Assembly (NCBI GenBank): GCA_963981035.1
Contig: CAXCCF010000003.1
Location: 5,004-69,003 of the forward strand
DNA: 64,000 nt
DNA from: an uncultured euryarchaeote
GTDB lineage: Archaea > Thermoplasmatota > Poseidoniia > Poseidoniales > Poseidoniaceae
Direction of reading: 5' to 3'
Shown: in pieces, positions 22,550-32,300 of the stretch
Position numbering within the stretch: position 1 is the stretch's first letter
Layout: every line of letters starts with the position of its first letter
Position numbers and translations under genes: made by a program
The notes under the pieces: model-generated
Told to the model about the DNA's origin: nothing
What the model saw: the letters and a program-made list of their open reading frames with translations, nothing else
Database searches by the model: none

Positions 22550-24327
22550 ATCACCTCATCCAATAAATCAATTGCAGTTCCTGAGCGCTTATTTCTACCA
22601 CCATCAAGAATATGCATTGCCTCAAATAATCCCAAACCAATTGCCAATTCCGGTTGGTCCTTGAAAGCACCACTGAACTTAGGATATTTGTTCATTATTT
22701 GCTGCGCCCTTCCATCTAGTTGTGCCAACATCTGTTGTAATAACTTAGGTGAAGTTGCTGTTCCAGCAGGCAATTTTGGCCGTCTAACAATCTCCGCTGG
22801 TAATTTGGTCAAATCAGCAGCACGTCGTAATGCTGCCTTCTCTTCCATCGAAGGCGGAAGACGCCAATTCATCGGCAATTTATGCGAAGCTTGGCGATGA
22901 GATTTTCCAAGGAATGGAACTCTTACCTCAAGTGAATGTGCCATAGAATGTCTATCTACCAATCTCAACTGGAAATTACTCAACTGCCCACCATCCAACT
23001 CGAATTGTAGAAAATCATCCAAAGAAGATGTATGTGCAGTGGCAGAATGGTCATTACTATAGTAATAATCTCCAACCGGTAATTGGCCCTCTTCAATAAT
23101 AGATTTACAAGAATGGTTCATTGAATCTAGGCGTGATTGAATGACTCTTGAGTGATTATTGAGGTCTCGGTAACGCGGGTATCCTGCATGAAGTTCATCT
23201 GCTCCTTGTCCGCACAAACCAACTGTAACAGATTGCGACATTTTTTCAAAAAGTGGCTGGAAAAATAAGACTGTCACATCTAAATCCTCACCATGCCAGG
23301 CCAAATCAGGTAACATTTTGTCAAATGAATCCTCTTGTAAAATATGCTGATGATGTTCTAATTCTAGTGTTGAAGCAACTAATTCTGCTGCTTGCCAATC
23401 AGGGTTTTCTTCACTTTCTGCGACTGTCCAACAAGCAGGAACTGGGTTGCTACTCCTTTCAGCAGCCTCATGAGCGACCGCTGCAACTAAACTAGAATCA
23501 AGTCCTCCAGATAATACAATTCCAACAGGAACATCTGACATTAATCTCTCTTCAACACTGACAACAAAAGATTCCAGCAATTTACTAGCCTCTGTATCTG
23601 GATTCCAATCACCAGCAGGATCTACTTTTTGCATCTCCACAATTGCTTTACCTGTTAGAGTAGCATTACCACTTTCATCAAGACTCCAGGTCTCAACAGT
23701 TCCAGGTCTAACTTGTGCAACGCCCTTTAGGAGAGTGGTTCCGTCAAGCGGATATTCCCAAGCCAATCTTGCTACCAATGCAAGTTCATCAATTTGTGGA
23801 ATATGCCCTTCATGTGCTCTTAGGGCTTTGGCTTCACTTGCAAATAACAAACTACCATCTACTTCAGTTCTTACAAGTGGCTTAATTCCCATTGGGTCTC
23901 TAGCCAAAAGTAACTGCTTGTCTTTGGGATTCCAAATTGCTATCGCATACATCCCATTTAGTTGAGAAATCCATGTTGCGTGTTGTTTTGCTGATAGTAT
24001 TGTCTGACTTTTTGCTATTGCCCCTTCGTGTAAAGCGAGTATAGTTTCGCTGTCGCCATTGGTATTCCAAGGATATTGAGTGTTGTTTTTTCTAATTTTT
24101 TGGTGATTATATATTTCACCATTTGCAATCAGCACATTTCCACTTTGAGATAGAATTGGTTGGTCGCTACCGTCAATATCAACAATTGCTAATCGTGTGT
24201 GACCAAGAGAAATATTTTCATCAACCCATACATCATTTCCATCTGGACCTCGATGATGCATTATTGAATTCATGCGCTCAATAATGGCGGAGTCGGGGTT
24301 GCCGAGCATACCACCAATACCGCACAT
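22546..24327 (-). CDS. asnB: Asparagine synthase (glutamine-hydrolysing) family amidotransferase
   Basis: MCGIGGML (Ntn Cys2) and GIVLSGGLDSS (PP-loop). Start moved to the Met immediately before the catalytic Cys. Confidence 0.9.
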   Translation of the reverse strand: MCGIGGMLGNPDSAIIERMNSIMHHRGPDGNDVWVDENISLGHTRLAIVDIDGSDQPILSQSGNVLIANGEIYNHQKIRKNNTQYPWNTNGDSETILALHEGAIAKSQTILSAKQHATWISQLNGMYAIAIWNPKDKQLLLARDPMGIKPLVRTEVDGSLLFASEAKALRAHEGHIPQIDELALVARLAWEYPLDGTTLLKGVAQVRPGTVETWSLDESGNATLTGKAIVEMQKVDPAGDWNPDTEASKLLESFVVSVEERLMSDVPVGIVLSGGLDSSLVAAVAHEAAERSSNPVPACWTVAESEENPDWQAAELVASTLELEHHQHILQEDSFDKMLPDLAWHGEDLDVTVLFFQPLFEKMSQSVTVGLCGQGADELHAGYPRYRDLNNHSRVIQSRLDSMNHSCKSIIEEGQLPVGDYYYSNDHSATAHTSSLDDFLQFELDGGQLSNFQLRLVDRHSMAHSLEVRVPFLGKSHRQASHKLPMNWRLPPSMEEKAALRRAADLTKLPAEIVRRPKLPAGTATSPKLLQQMLAQLDGRAQQIMNKYPKFSGAFKDQPELAIGLGLFEAMHILDGGRNKRSGTAIDLLDEVI

Positions 24328-24608
24328 AGTAATTGGGCAACGCCCCGACCTTTTCAATGATTGTAATTAATTTGTATCAATCTATCAACAAAGATAAAAC
24401 GACATCATTTCATTATGCTCAGTTCACCAAAGAGGCCACTTAAACATAGTGATAACTAGGCATAATACCGCAACTCCAAAGAATAGAAGATATACATTTT
24501 GTGGCGGGTCATTGGATTCGTTTTCCTCAGACATAATAGTTCACTATTCCAAAGGGGGAAGCAACCACCATTTCAACATATTGAGAGAAATGTATGACTT
24601 CTGGCCAA

Positions 24609-25250
24609 TCAAAGCAAGCCAATGAATGGGTCCAGCAGCAGAATTGCGCATAATGGAATTAGTACCATTGTTGCATTATCATCAATCCAACGAAGTCGAG
24701 GCCATTCACTAATCATGCATAATGGAGCCATCAGTGGTACGAGCCAAAGAGGAGTCGCAAAGAAATGCCAACATGCCATCCAGATTGCTGCGATGGCTAA
24801 TGTTGAATAAATCATTACTTGCTTGTCCTCAAATCCTTTTCTTCTTAATTCTCCCATCAAAGGATCACCTAGTGATAATGAAAGTATTAGTGGCCAGATA
24901 TATTCCTCTGCTGGTGCCATCAATATTACCAATCCAATTCCAATCGCACCCCATCCTAATGCAGATACTTGGTGGGCTTCATATTCTCTTTGACCGAAAA
25001 TTGTTATTGAGAATTTCAACCTAATTGCTTCGGCAATAATCAGAGCTATTATGATTGCAGATACAAATTGCGGCAAATTCAAACCTACCATATTTGCAAA
25101 GTCTTTTCCAAATTCAAAATATATGAAAGGGATGAATGATAACCCCAAGTGTATTCCTCTTCGTAAGACATGGCCATATACACCACCCTTAGATTGTTCA
25201 ATCGGGTCTGTCATCTCTACTTGTCCACTATATCCTTCCATATTTTCCAC
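24609..25250 (-). CDS. Polytopic membrane protein, possibly of the polyprenol/dolichol kinase-like (CTP-dependent) family
   Basis: 213 aa with ~6 TM. LSLGDPLMGELRRKGF resembles the GDxxAxxxG motif of the SEC59/phytol-kinase family. The functional call is weak. Confidence 0.4.
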   Translation of the reverse strand: MENMEGYSGQVEMTDPIEQSKGGVYGHVLRRGIHLGLSFIPFIYFEFGKDFANMVGLNLPQFVSAIIIALIIAEAIRLKFSITIFGQREYEAHQVSALGWGAIGIGLVILMAPAEEYIWPLILSLSLGDPLMGELRRKGFEDKQVMIYSTLAIAAIWMACWHFFATPLWLVPLMAPLCMISEWPRLRWIDDNATMVLIPLCAILLLDPFIGLL

Positions 25251-25257
25251 CTTTTTT

Positions 25258-26163
25258 TCAATTATTTAATTTGTTCAGTGCCTCATCTAATTCTATAGAA
25301 CCGGATGCTAATGATGATAATAATGAATCTAATTGAGGATTCTTCAAGATTCTTTGCTCAAGTCTAGACAATAACCTTTCTCGCCATCTTGCCTTTGATG
25401 AACGTCCTGTTGATTGTAAATTAAGCAGAATATCAGATGCCATTAGACACCCATCTCCTGTTAAGGCACTCGTAAGAATAACTGGAGGAGATTGACCAAT
25501 TCCTAACTCAAATGATTCCTTGATTTCATCTGCATGTTTTCTCGCTCCAGCCATATCGGATTTGTTAACTATTACCGCATCTGCTAATTCTAACAATCCT
25601 GCCTTTTCGGCTTGGATTCCATCTCCTCTTGCCGGACCTTCAACAACAACGATCCTATCTGCAATCGCTGCACATCTTACTTCAGATTGCCCAGCACCTA
25701 CAGTTTCAATTACCACTCTATCCCAGCCGAGTGCTACCAATAATTTTACTATATCAGAAACGATTGCTGGAACGCTACTTGATGATTTACGAGTTGCAAT
25801 CGAGCGAACATAAACCATATCTTTCAGCATTATGTCATCAACTACGGATAATCTAACCCTATCTCCGAGTAATGCACCTCCTGTTCTAGAAGATGATGGG
25901 TCTACCGCAAGCAAAGCGATTTTCTTGCCTTGGCTTGCCCAGTGTGAAATTATTTTATCCACCAAACATGACTTTCCAACGCCAGGTGCACCCGTAATCG
26001 CCATAGTTTCCCAATGTGATTCTTGTAATTTGCTAGAATTATCATCGCCAATAATTGAGAGTGCCTCATCAATATTAAGTGTATGATTTTCTAATGCCGA
26101 AATTGTTCGTGCTAGTGACCGACGGCAACCGCCTTTTGCAGCCAGCACGGTGTCGGCATCCAC
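25258..26163 (-). CDS. meaB: Methylmalonyl-CoA mutase-associated GTPase MeaB/ArgK
   Basis: ITGAPGVGKS (P-loop), LAVDPSSSRTGGALLGD, ETVGAGQSE, VNKSD. Confidence 0.9.
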   Translation of the reverse strand: MDADTVLAAKGGCRRSLARTISALENHTLNIDEALSIIGDDNSSKLQESHWETMAITGAPGVGKSCLVDKIISHWASQGKKIALLAVDPSSSRTGGALLGDRVRLSVVDDIMLKDMVYVRSIATRKSSSSVPAIVSDIVKLLVALGWDRVVIETVGAGQSEVRCAAIADRIVVVEGPARGDGIQAEKAGLLELADAVIVNKSDMAGARKHADEIKESFELGIGQSPPVILTSALTGDGCLMASDILLNLQSTGRSSKARWRERLLSRLEQRILKNPQLDSLLSSLASGSIELDEALNKLNN

Positions 26164-26607
26164 TCAATCACCCTGCCAATACCAATCGTTAGACTCTCCT
26201 ACGCCGACACCGTCTAATTCAATCGCAACTTCAATGAATTTGAGTATTTCTGCGGTAGAAGTTCCTGGCCCGAAAATTGCTTTGATGCCACAAGAGAAGA
26301 GTGCTTGTCTATCTGTTGTAGGAATTATGCCCCCTCCAAAAACAATTACATCATTCAAACCAGCATTACGAAGTTCTTCGCACACTTTAGGAAATAAGTG
26401 GCTATGTGCACCAGAAAGTGATGAAAGGCCCAAAAATGATGCATCTTCATCGCGTACTGTCTCAACGATTTGACTTGCAGTTCTACGCAAACCAGTGTAG
26501 ATCACTTCGTGTCCAGCATCCCTCAATGCCCGAGCCACAACCTTGGCTCCGCGGTCATGACCATCAAGACCCGGTTTTGCAACTACAACGCGAATCATTG
26601 TACCCAT
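26164..26607 (-). CDS. Methylmalonyl-CoA mutase, B12-binding small subunit/domain
   Basis: [33 protein letters not shown] contains the DxHxxG cobalamin-binding motif. It abuts meaB with no gap. Confidence 0.9.
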   Translation of the reverse strand: MGTMIRVVVAKPGLDGHDRGAKVVARALRDAGHEVIYTGLRRTASQIVETVRDEDASFLGLSSLSGAHSHLFPKVCEELRNAGLNDVIVFGGGIIPTTDRQALFSCGIKAIFGPGTSTAEILKFIEVAIELDGVGVGESNDWYWQGD

Positions 26608-26779
26608 GTCAAAACCGAGTAGGTCTTAGCCTATCAACAAAACCCATCTATCAATTGTGAAAATGGGATTTATAGTGTTAATAATAAACCTGTGATTAGG
26701 CCCATTCAATGCATATTATGCTAAGATTTGGTAGCAACGCATAAGGAGGGAGTTTTCCTAGAGATATTTGGCGAAGCCT

Positions 26780-28333
26780 ATGTCATCCACCGAGGAAAGA
26801 CTCAAGGACCTACGAAACCGTAAGGCAAGAAGTGAAGCAGGCGGTGGCCAAGCTCGTGTTGATTCCCAACACAATCGAGGAAAAATGACTGCTCGTGAGA
26901 GAATGGAATTACTACTTGACGATGGTTCATTCCAAGAAATGGATGCTCTTGTTGAGCACCGTTGCAGAGACTTTGGAATGGAGAAGAACATTATTCCTGG
27001 CGATGGAGTAGTTACTGGTCATGGAACAATAAATGGGCGAGAAGTGTTTGCTTTTGCGCAAGATTTCACTGTTTATGGAGGTTCATTAGGAGAAATGCAT
27101 GGGCTGAAAATCTGTAAAGTTCTGGATATGGCACTAAAAACCGGTAGACCAGTTATTGGAATGAATGATTCTGGTGGAGCAAGAATACAAGAAGGCGTTG
27201 CAAGTCTTGGAAGTTATGCTGAAATTTTCTTCCGCAATGTCAGGTCATCGGGTGTAATCCCACAAATTTCTGTAATTATGGGGCCTTGCGCTGGAGGCGC
27301 AGTGTATTCTCCAGCAATTACCGACTTTGTAATTATGGTCGACCAAACAGCTCACATGTTCATCACAGGACCAGAGGTAATCAAGACTGTGACAAATGAA
27401 GAAGTAACTTTTGAAGACCTCGGTGGAGCAATGACCCATGGCAGTAAGTCAGGTGTTTCTCACTTTACTGCAAACAGTGATGAGGAAGCAATTCATCTTG
27501 CTAGAGAATTAACTGATTTATTCCCACAAAATAATCTGGAAAAGCCACCGATGAGAAAAACATCAGATCCTAAAGACAGAAAATGCGAAAAGTTGGACAA
27601 TATTATTCCTCAAGAAGCAAACAAGCCATATGATGTAGTCGATGTAATCAATGAAATCCTTGATGATGGGGCTTTCTTAGAAGTTCAGGCTGATTGGGCA
27701 AAAAATATCGTGATTGGTTTTGGACACTTAGGAGGAAATACCATCGGAGTTGTTGCGAATCAGCCAAAGTTCCTCGCTGGATGTTTGGACATTGATGCTA
27801 GCGATAAAGCCGCAAGATTTGTGAGATTCTGTGACTCATTCAACATTCCAATTCTAACTTTAGAGGACGTTCCTGGATTCTTGCCTGGAACAAGTCAAGA
27901 ATGGGGTGGAATTATTCGTCATGGTGCAAAATTATTGTACGCATATGCCGAAGCAACTGTACCGTTGTTAACAGTGATAATGAGGAAAGCATACGGTGGC
28001 GCATACGATGTAATGTCAAGCAAGCATATTCGTGGCGACTACAATATTGCATGGCCGAATGCAGAACTTGCAGTAATGGGCGCTGATGGTGCGGTCGAAA
28101 TCATTCATCGCCGCCGCATATCTAACTCCCGTAATTCACAAGAAGAACGAACAAGGTTAACTGAAGATTTCAATGAAAAGTTTGCCAACCCATACAAGGC
28201 AGCAGCACTGGGTTATCTGGATGATGTAATAGAGCCAAACGAAACGAGAAGTAAGTTGATTCGTTCTTTGGAAATGCTGATGGATAAAGAAGAATTAAGG
28301 CCAGCAAGAAAGCATGGGAATATTCCACTTTGA
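26780..28333 (+). CDS. pccB: Propionyl-CoA carboxylase beta chain / methylmalonyl-CoA carboxyltransferase
   Basis: [67 protein letters not shown]. The start is ATG at 26780 or TTG at 26768. Confidence 0.93.
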   Translation: MSSTEERLKDLRNRKARSEAGGGQARVDSQHNRGKMTARERMELLLDDGSFQEMDALVEHRCRDFGMEKNIIPGDGVVTGHGTINGREVFAFAQDFTVYGGSLGEMHGLKICKVLDMALKTGRPVIGMNDSGGARIQEGVASLGSYAEIFFRNVRSSGVIPQISVIMGPCAGGAVYSPAITDFVIMVDQTAHMFITGPEVIKTVTNEEVTFEDLGGAMTHGSKSGVSHFTANSDEEAIHLARELTDLFPQNNLEKPPMRKTSDPKDRKCEKLDNIIPQEANKPYDVVDVINEILDDGAFLEVQADWAKNIVIGFGHLGGNTIGVVANQPKFLAGCLDIDASDKAARFVRFCDSFNIPILTLEDVPGFLPGTSQEWGGIIRHGAKLLYAYAEATVPLLTVIMRKAYGGAYDVMSSKHIRGDYNIAWPNAELAVMGADGAVEIIHRRRISNSRNSQEERTRLTEDFNEKFANPYKAAALGYLDDVIEPNETRSKLIRSLEMLMDKEELRPARKHGNIPL

Positions 28334-28345
28334 GGAGGGGTGATA

Positions 28346-28540
28346 ATGGGCAAGGACAATGAACAAACACTCAGAATGGCAGCGATTGCCGGCGTATTAG
28401 CCATGCTCCAATCCCAAGGAGAAGATCCTGCACAAATTGCCAGAAAATCTGGCATGGCTTGGTCACAAGACCATAGGAGAATGTTTTCTGGAAAATCCTC
28501 ATTGATCAATCACAGAGCTAGTCGCTCGCCATGGAAGTGA
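28346..28540 (+). CDS. Small hypothetical protein between pccB and the biotin carrier gene
   Basis: 64-aa ORF with GGAGGGG 5 nt upstream, wedged between the two carboxylase genes. No motif recognised. Confidence 0.45.
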   Translation: MGKDNEQTLRMAAIAGVLAMLQSQGEDPAQIARKSGMAWSQDHRRMFSGKSSLINHRASRSPWK

Positions 28541-28544
28541 CATT

Positions 28545-28955
28545 ATGTCTGAAACAAGAAAGGTCATCGTTGATGGAACTGAATTTGAAGTTGTTATCGA
28601 AGGTGAGGGGACTAGTTTTTCTGCAACTGTTGAGGGCAAAACATTTGAAATTCAAATCCCTGATGCTGCACCAGTAATTAAGAAAAAACGTAGCGCAGGT
28701 GGTAAAAAGAAAAAATCCGGAACCGTTACTTCAAGTATCCCTGGAAAAATTGTTACTGTTGAAGTTAAACAAGGTGACGAAGTTACTGAAGGGCAGGTTG
28801 TATTGATTTTAGAAGCGATGAAGATGCAAAATGAAGTCCAAGCACCTGTCTCTGGAACTGTTATTTCGGTAAATATTTCTGAAGGAGAAGCGATTGAAGC
28901 GAATATCCCTCTTCTAGTGATTGAACCTGTGGCCACAGAAGAAGATTCTGAATAA
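28545..28955 (+). CDS. Biotin carboxyl carrier protein (biotinyl domain)
   Basis: VLILEAMKMQNEVQAP contains the AMKM biotinyl-lysine motif. It is preceded by a Lys-rich linker. Confidence 0.9.
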   Translation: MSETRKVIVDGTEFEVVIEGEGTSFSATVEGKTFEIQIPDAAPVIKKKRSAGGKKKKSGTVTSSIPGKIVTVEVKQGDEVTEGQVVLILEAMKMQNEVQAPVSGTVISVNISEGEAIEANIPLLVIEPVATEEDSE

Positions 28956-29055
28956 TTCAATATCATTTATCAATCTCTTAATTGCAGTGGAAATCTTGGT
29001 GTAGTTATAGCCGTTAGTGCGATAGTTAATGTGCATCCTGTGTTCACACCATACT

Positions 29056-29295
29056 ATGGCGGAGGCAGCAGTCTGTGATTTACCCGGTTGTGGAGATGAG
29101 GGAGTTATTGTTTCCCGTCTTTCACCGGAAGGTTACCTAGTTGCCACCGGAAAAAAGGCCTATTCATTTAGAGAGGCATACCGTCGCTTCCACTACTGCC
29201 AAAACCATCATGATGAATTGATGGGAGGAGTTTGGTCAAGAGTTAGAACTCCAGAAGATAAGAAAGAAGGTCATGTTGCACCTACTGCAATTTGA
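29056..29295 (+). CDS. Small Cys/His-rich hypothetical protein
   Basis: MAEAAVCDLPGCGDEG...HYCQNHHDEL suggests a possible zinc-binding protein. No family recognised. Confidence 0.4.
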   Translation: MAEAAVCDLPGCGDEGVIVSRLSPEGYLVATGKKAYSFREAYRRFHYCQNHHDELMGGVWSRVRTPEDKKEGHVAPTAI

Positions 29296-29363
29296 ATTTT
29301 GATATATTTTCAATTTGAAACACAATAGCAATCTATGATAAAGTGGTTATCTCTGCGTTGTAC

Positions 29364-32300
29364 ATGCGTGATAACTCTATTACCGTTGTGCCTACGAACT
29401 TGAAGCCAATAATTGTTGCACTTTTGATGTTGATTAGTTCATTAACACTAATCGCAAGCCCCGTTCAAGCAATAGGGCCAAATCAAAATGATATGGGTTC
29501 AGGTGGAGACTCTTCAGATAATACTACAAATGCCGTGAATTACATTTTTTCAGGACATTTGTCTGGTACAGGTGAATTGGACATTAACGATGACCACGAT
29601 TGGCTGCGAGTCAGTTTAAGTTCAAACCAAGGCGTTACCATGAGGCTAACATTCAATTCGAGTACTACACTACCTAATGGGACTACTACTGTAAATGATT
29701 TTGATTTGGGTCTGTATGATAACACAAGTCAAAATCTAATATCAAGCAGTTGGCAAAGTAATCCGGAAATAGTGACTACAAATGGATCAACTATTGCGCA
29801 TAATGGATTGGTTTACCTAGATATTAGCAGATATTCTGGCATTGGTAGTTGGAGTTTAGATATTTGGAAGTTTACTGTTAGTTCATCGAATGGAACTGGC
29901 GGAAATGGTACAGCAGTGCCAACAAATTGTGCTGGTTCCAATACGATTGTTTCAGATATTTTAGAATCTAATGACCAATTTTCAACAGCATCCCAAGCAT
30001 CTACCCTGCCGATTTCCTGTACTGGATTGAGCATCCACACCTCCACTGATGAAGATGTATTTGAGATTCAAATGTACAGCGGAGTCACATATTACTCCAA
30101 CCTTACATTTACTCATGCAACTGGAGATCTTGACTTCAAGTGGGAAACTGCGACTCAAGGATGGTTGACTTCATCCACTGGAACATCAAATAATGAAGCA
30201 ATGTCATACACTGCAACTGTTAACCAAACCACATATATCACTGTATATGGCTGGAGTTCAGCAACCAATACATATGACATTGATATTACAACGAATAACC
30301 CTGGTGGTGGCCAGAGTATGGAAAGTGTAGAGGTTATTTCTACGAGTCTAACAACTGCTTCAGTAACTTTTAGTGGGCTAAGCATTGGTACTAATTACAA
30401 TTATAATTATTCAAGTGCACAAGTAATGCTTGATGGATCTATCTCTTGGTCTAATCCTACCAATGTTTCATTTAATGCTACAGCAACTACAATGACATAC
30501 AATGTATCAGTATCGCAACCTCAAAGTGTTGAATCTGAATACTATATTGTTTCATTCTTCAAGGATTCAAATGGTGGACACATTGCTTCTGATAGCGATT
30601 ACACATATATCGAAATGGTGGAACTTGCTACTTCCTCTTCTTCAACAGGTGAAATATCACTAACAAATTTGTCCATTGGTACAGATTACTATCTAGAATG
30701 GTTGGTGGTTGACCAAATCATATTCGAGAATAGTTACAATGTTTCAATGGATGTGTATACTGCATTAAATGCATCTACTATAGATACTGATTACATGTCT
30801 TTCAATGCAACAGCATCCTCTTCTACAACTCAACTAAATTGGACTGGTCCAACTACACTGAATGACCACTTTTTCGCTGCAATTCTCTCTTACAATAATA
30901 CAGCGACCAATCATAGCACTGGTGGTGGATGGATTGGTTTCCATGAAGAGGATTTCACCCCACAATTGCCAACTCTGCTAATAGATAGCCATTCAACAAG
31001 TAGTACATCGTCTACAAATGATGTATCTGTCAAAGGATATGATTTAGTCACCGGTGATGATTACAAGTACCAAATCAGAATTACTGACAGCAGTGGTGCT
31101 TCTGTTTCCACTTTGAATTTGACTAACTTTACTGCTACAGCATCTAATATGAGTATGCCACTATATACATATGCAACTCCAACAAGCAGTGGAAATTATT
31201 GTGTTATTGTAGACTTATTCTCTGATGTAAATGTTCAATTAATCGGGGATTCAACTTGTTTCAATATCACTCTAGATGATGATAATGATGGTGTTGCAAA
31301 CGAACAGGATAATTGCCCTAACACTCCAATAGGAACAATTGTTGACCAAAATGGATGTGCAAGTTCTCAAAAGGATACCGATGGTGATGGCCACAATGAT
31401 AGTTTTGATGCATTCCCTACTGATTCAAGTCAATGGTCTGACGCTGATGGAGATGGATATGGAGACAATCCTAACGGAAATAATTCAGATGCATTCCCAA
31501 GTGATTCAAGCCAATGGTCTGATATTGATGGTGATGGATATGGGGATAATGCTGGCGGAAATAATTCAGATGCATTCCCTAATGACCCAACTCAATGGTA
31601 TGACGGAGACGGTGATGGATATGGAGATAATTCTGCAGGAAACAATCCTGATGAATATCCACTTGACTCAACTCAATGGAAAGATAGTGATGGTGATGGA
31701 TGTGGCGATAATAGTGCAGGAACTAACGGAGATCATTTCCCTAATGACCCGTCACAGTGTTCTGATATCGATGGAGATGGTCATGGCGATAACGCCAGTG
31801 GAACTGACCCTGATGAATTCCCAACTGACTCCACCCAGTGGCAAGATAGCGACGGTGATGGATATGGAGATAGTCAAACTGGAAATAACCCCGACAGATT
31901 CCCATCAGACAGCACTCAATGGAGTGATGCAGATGGTGACGGCTACGGAGATAATCAAGCTGGAACTAACCCAGATGCATTCCCTAATGATGGCACCCAG
32001 TGGGCTGACGCTGATGGAGATGGATTTGGAGACAATCCTACAGGAGCAAATGCTGATGCATTCCCTTCAGATAGCACTCAATGGATTGATGCTGATAATG
32101 ATGGCTATGGTGATAATGCAAATGGACTCAATGGAGACCAATGCTTAGACACTCCAGCAGGTAGTGTAGTTGATGAAAATGGTTGTGCTGAGAGCCAAAA
32201 GGATGATGATTTGGATGGAATAAACAACGCAATGGATGCTTGTCCAAATACTCCTGCCGGTTCACCTGTAGATACTACTGGTTGTGCTGCAAGTCAGGAA

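Noticed and set aside
31339-32148. A 269-aa Met-rich + strand ORF inside the 1368-aa gene.
   Set aside because: It is an out-of-frame reading of the GATGG-rich TSP3 repeat codons. Its composition (M, I, L, T repeats) is an artefact of the repeat, and the in-frame TSP3 reading is far more convincing.
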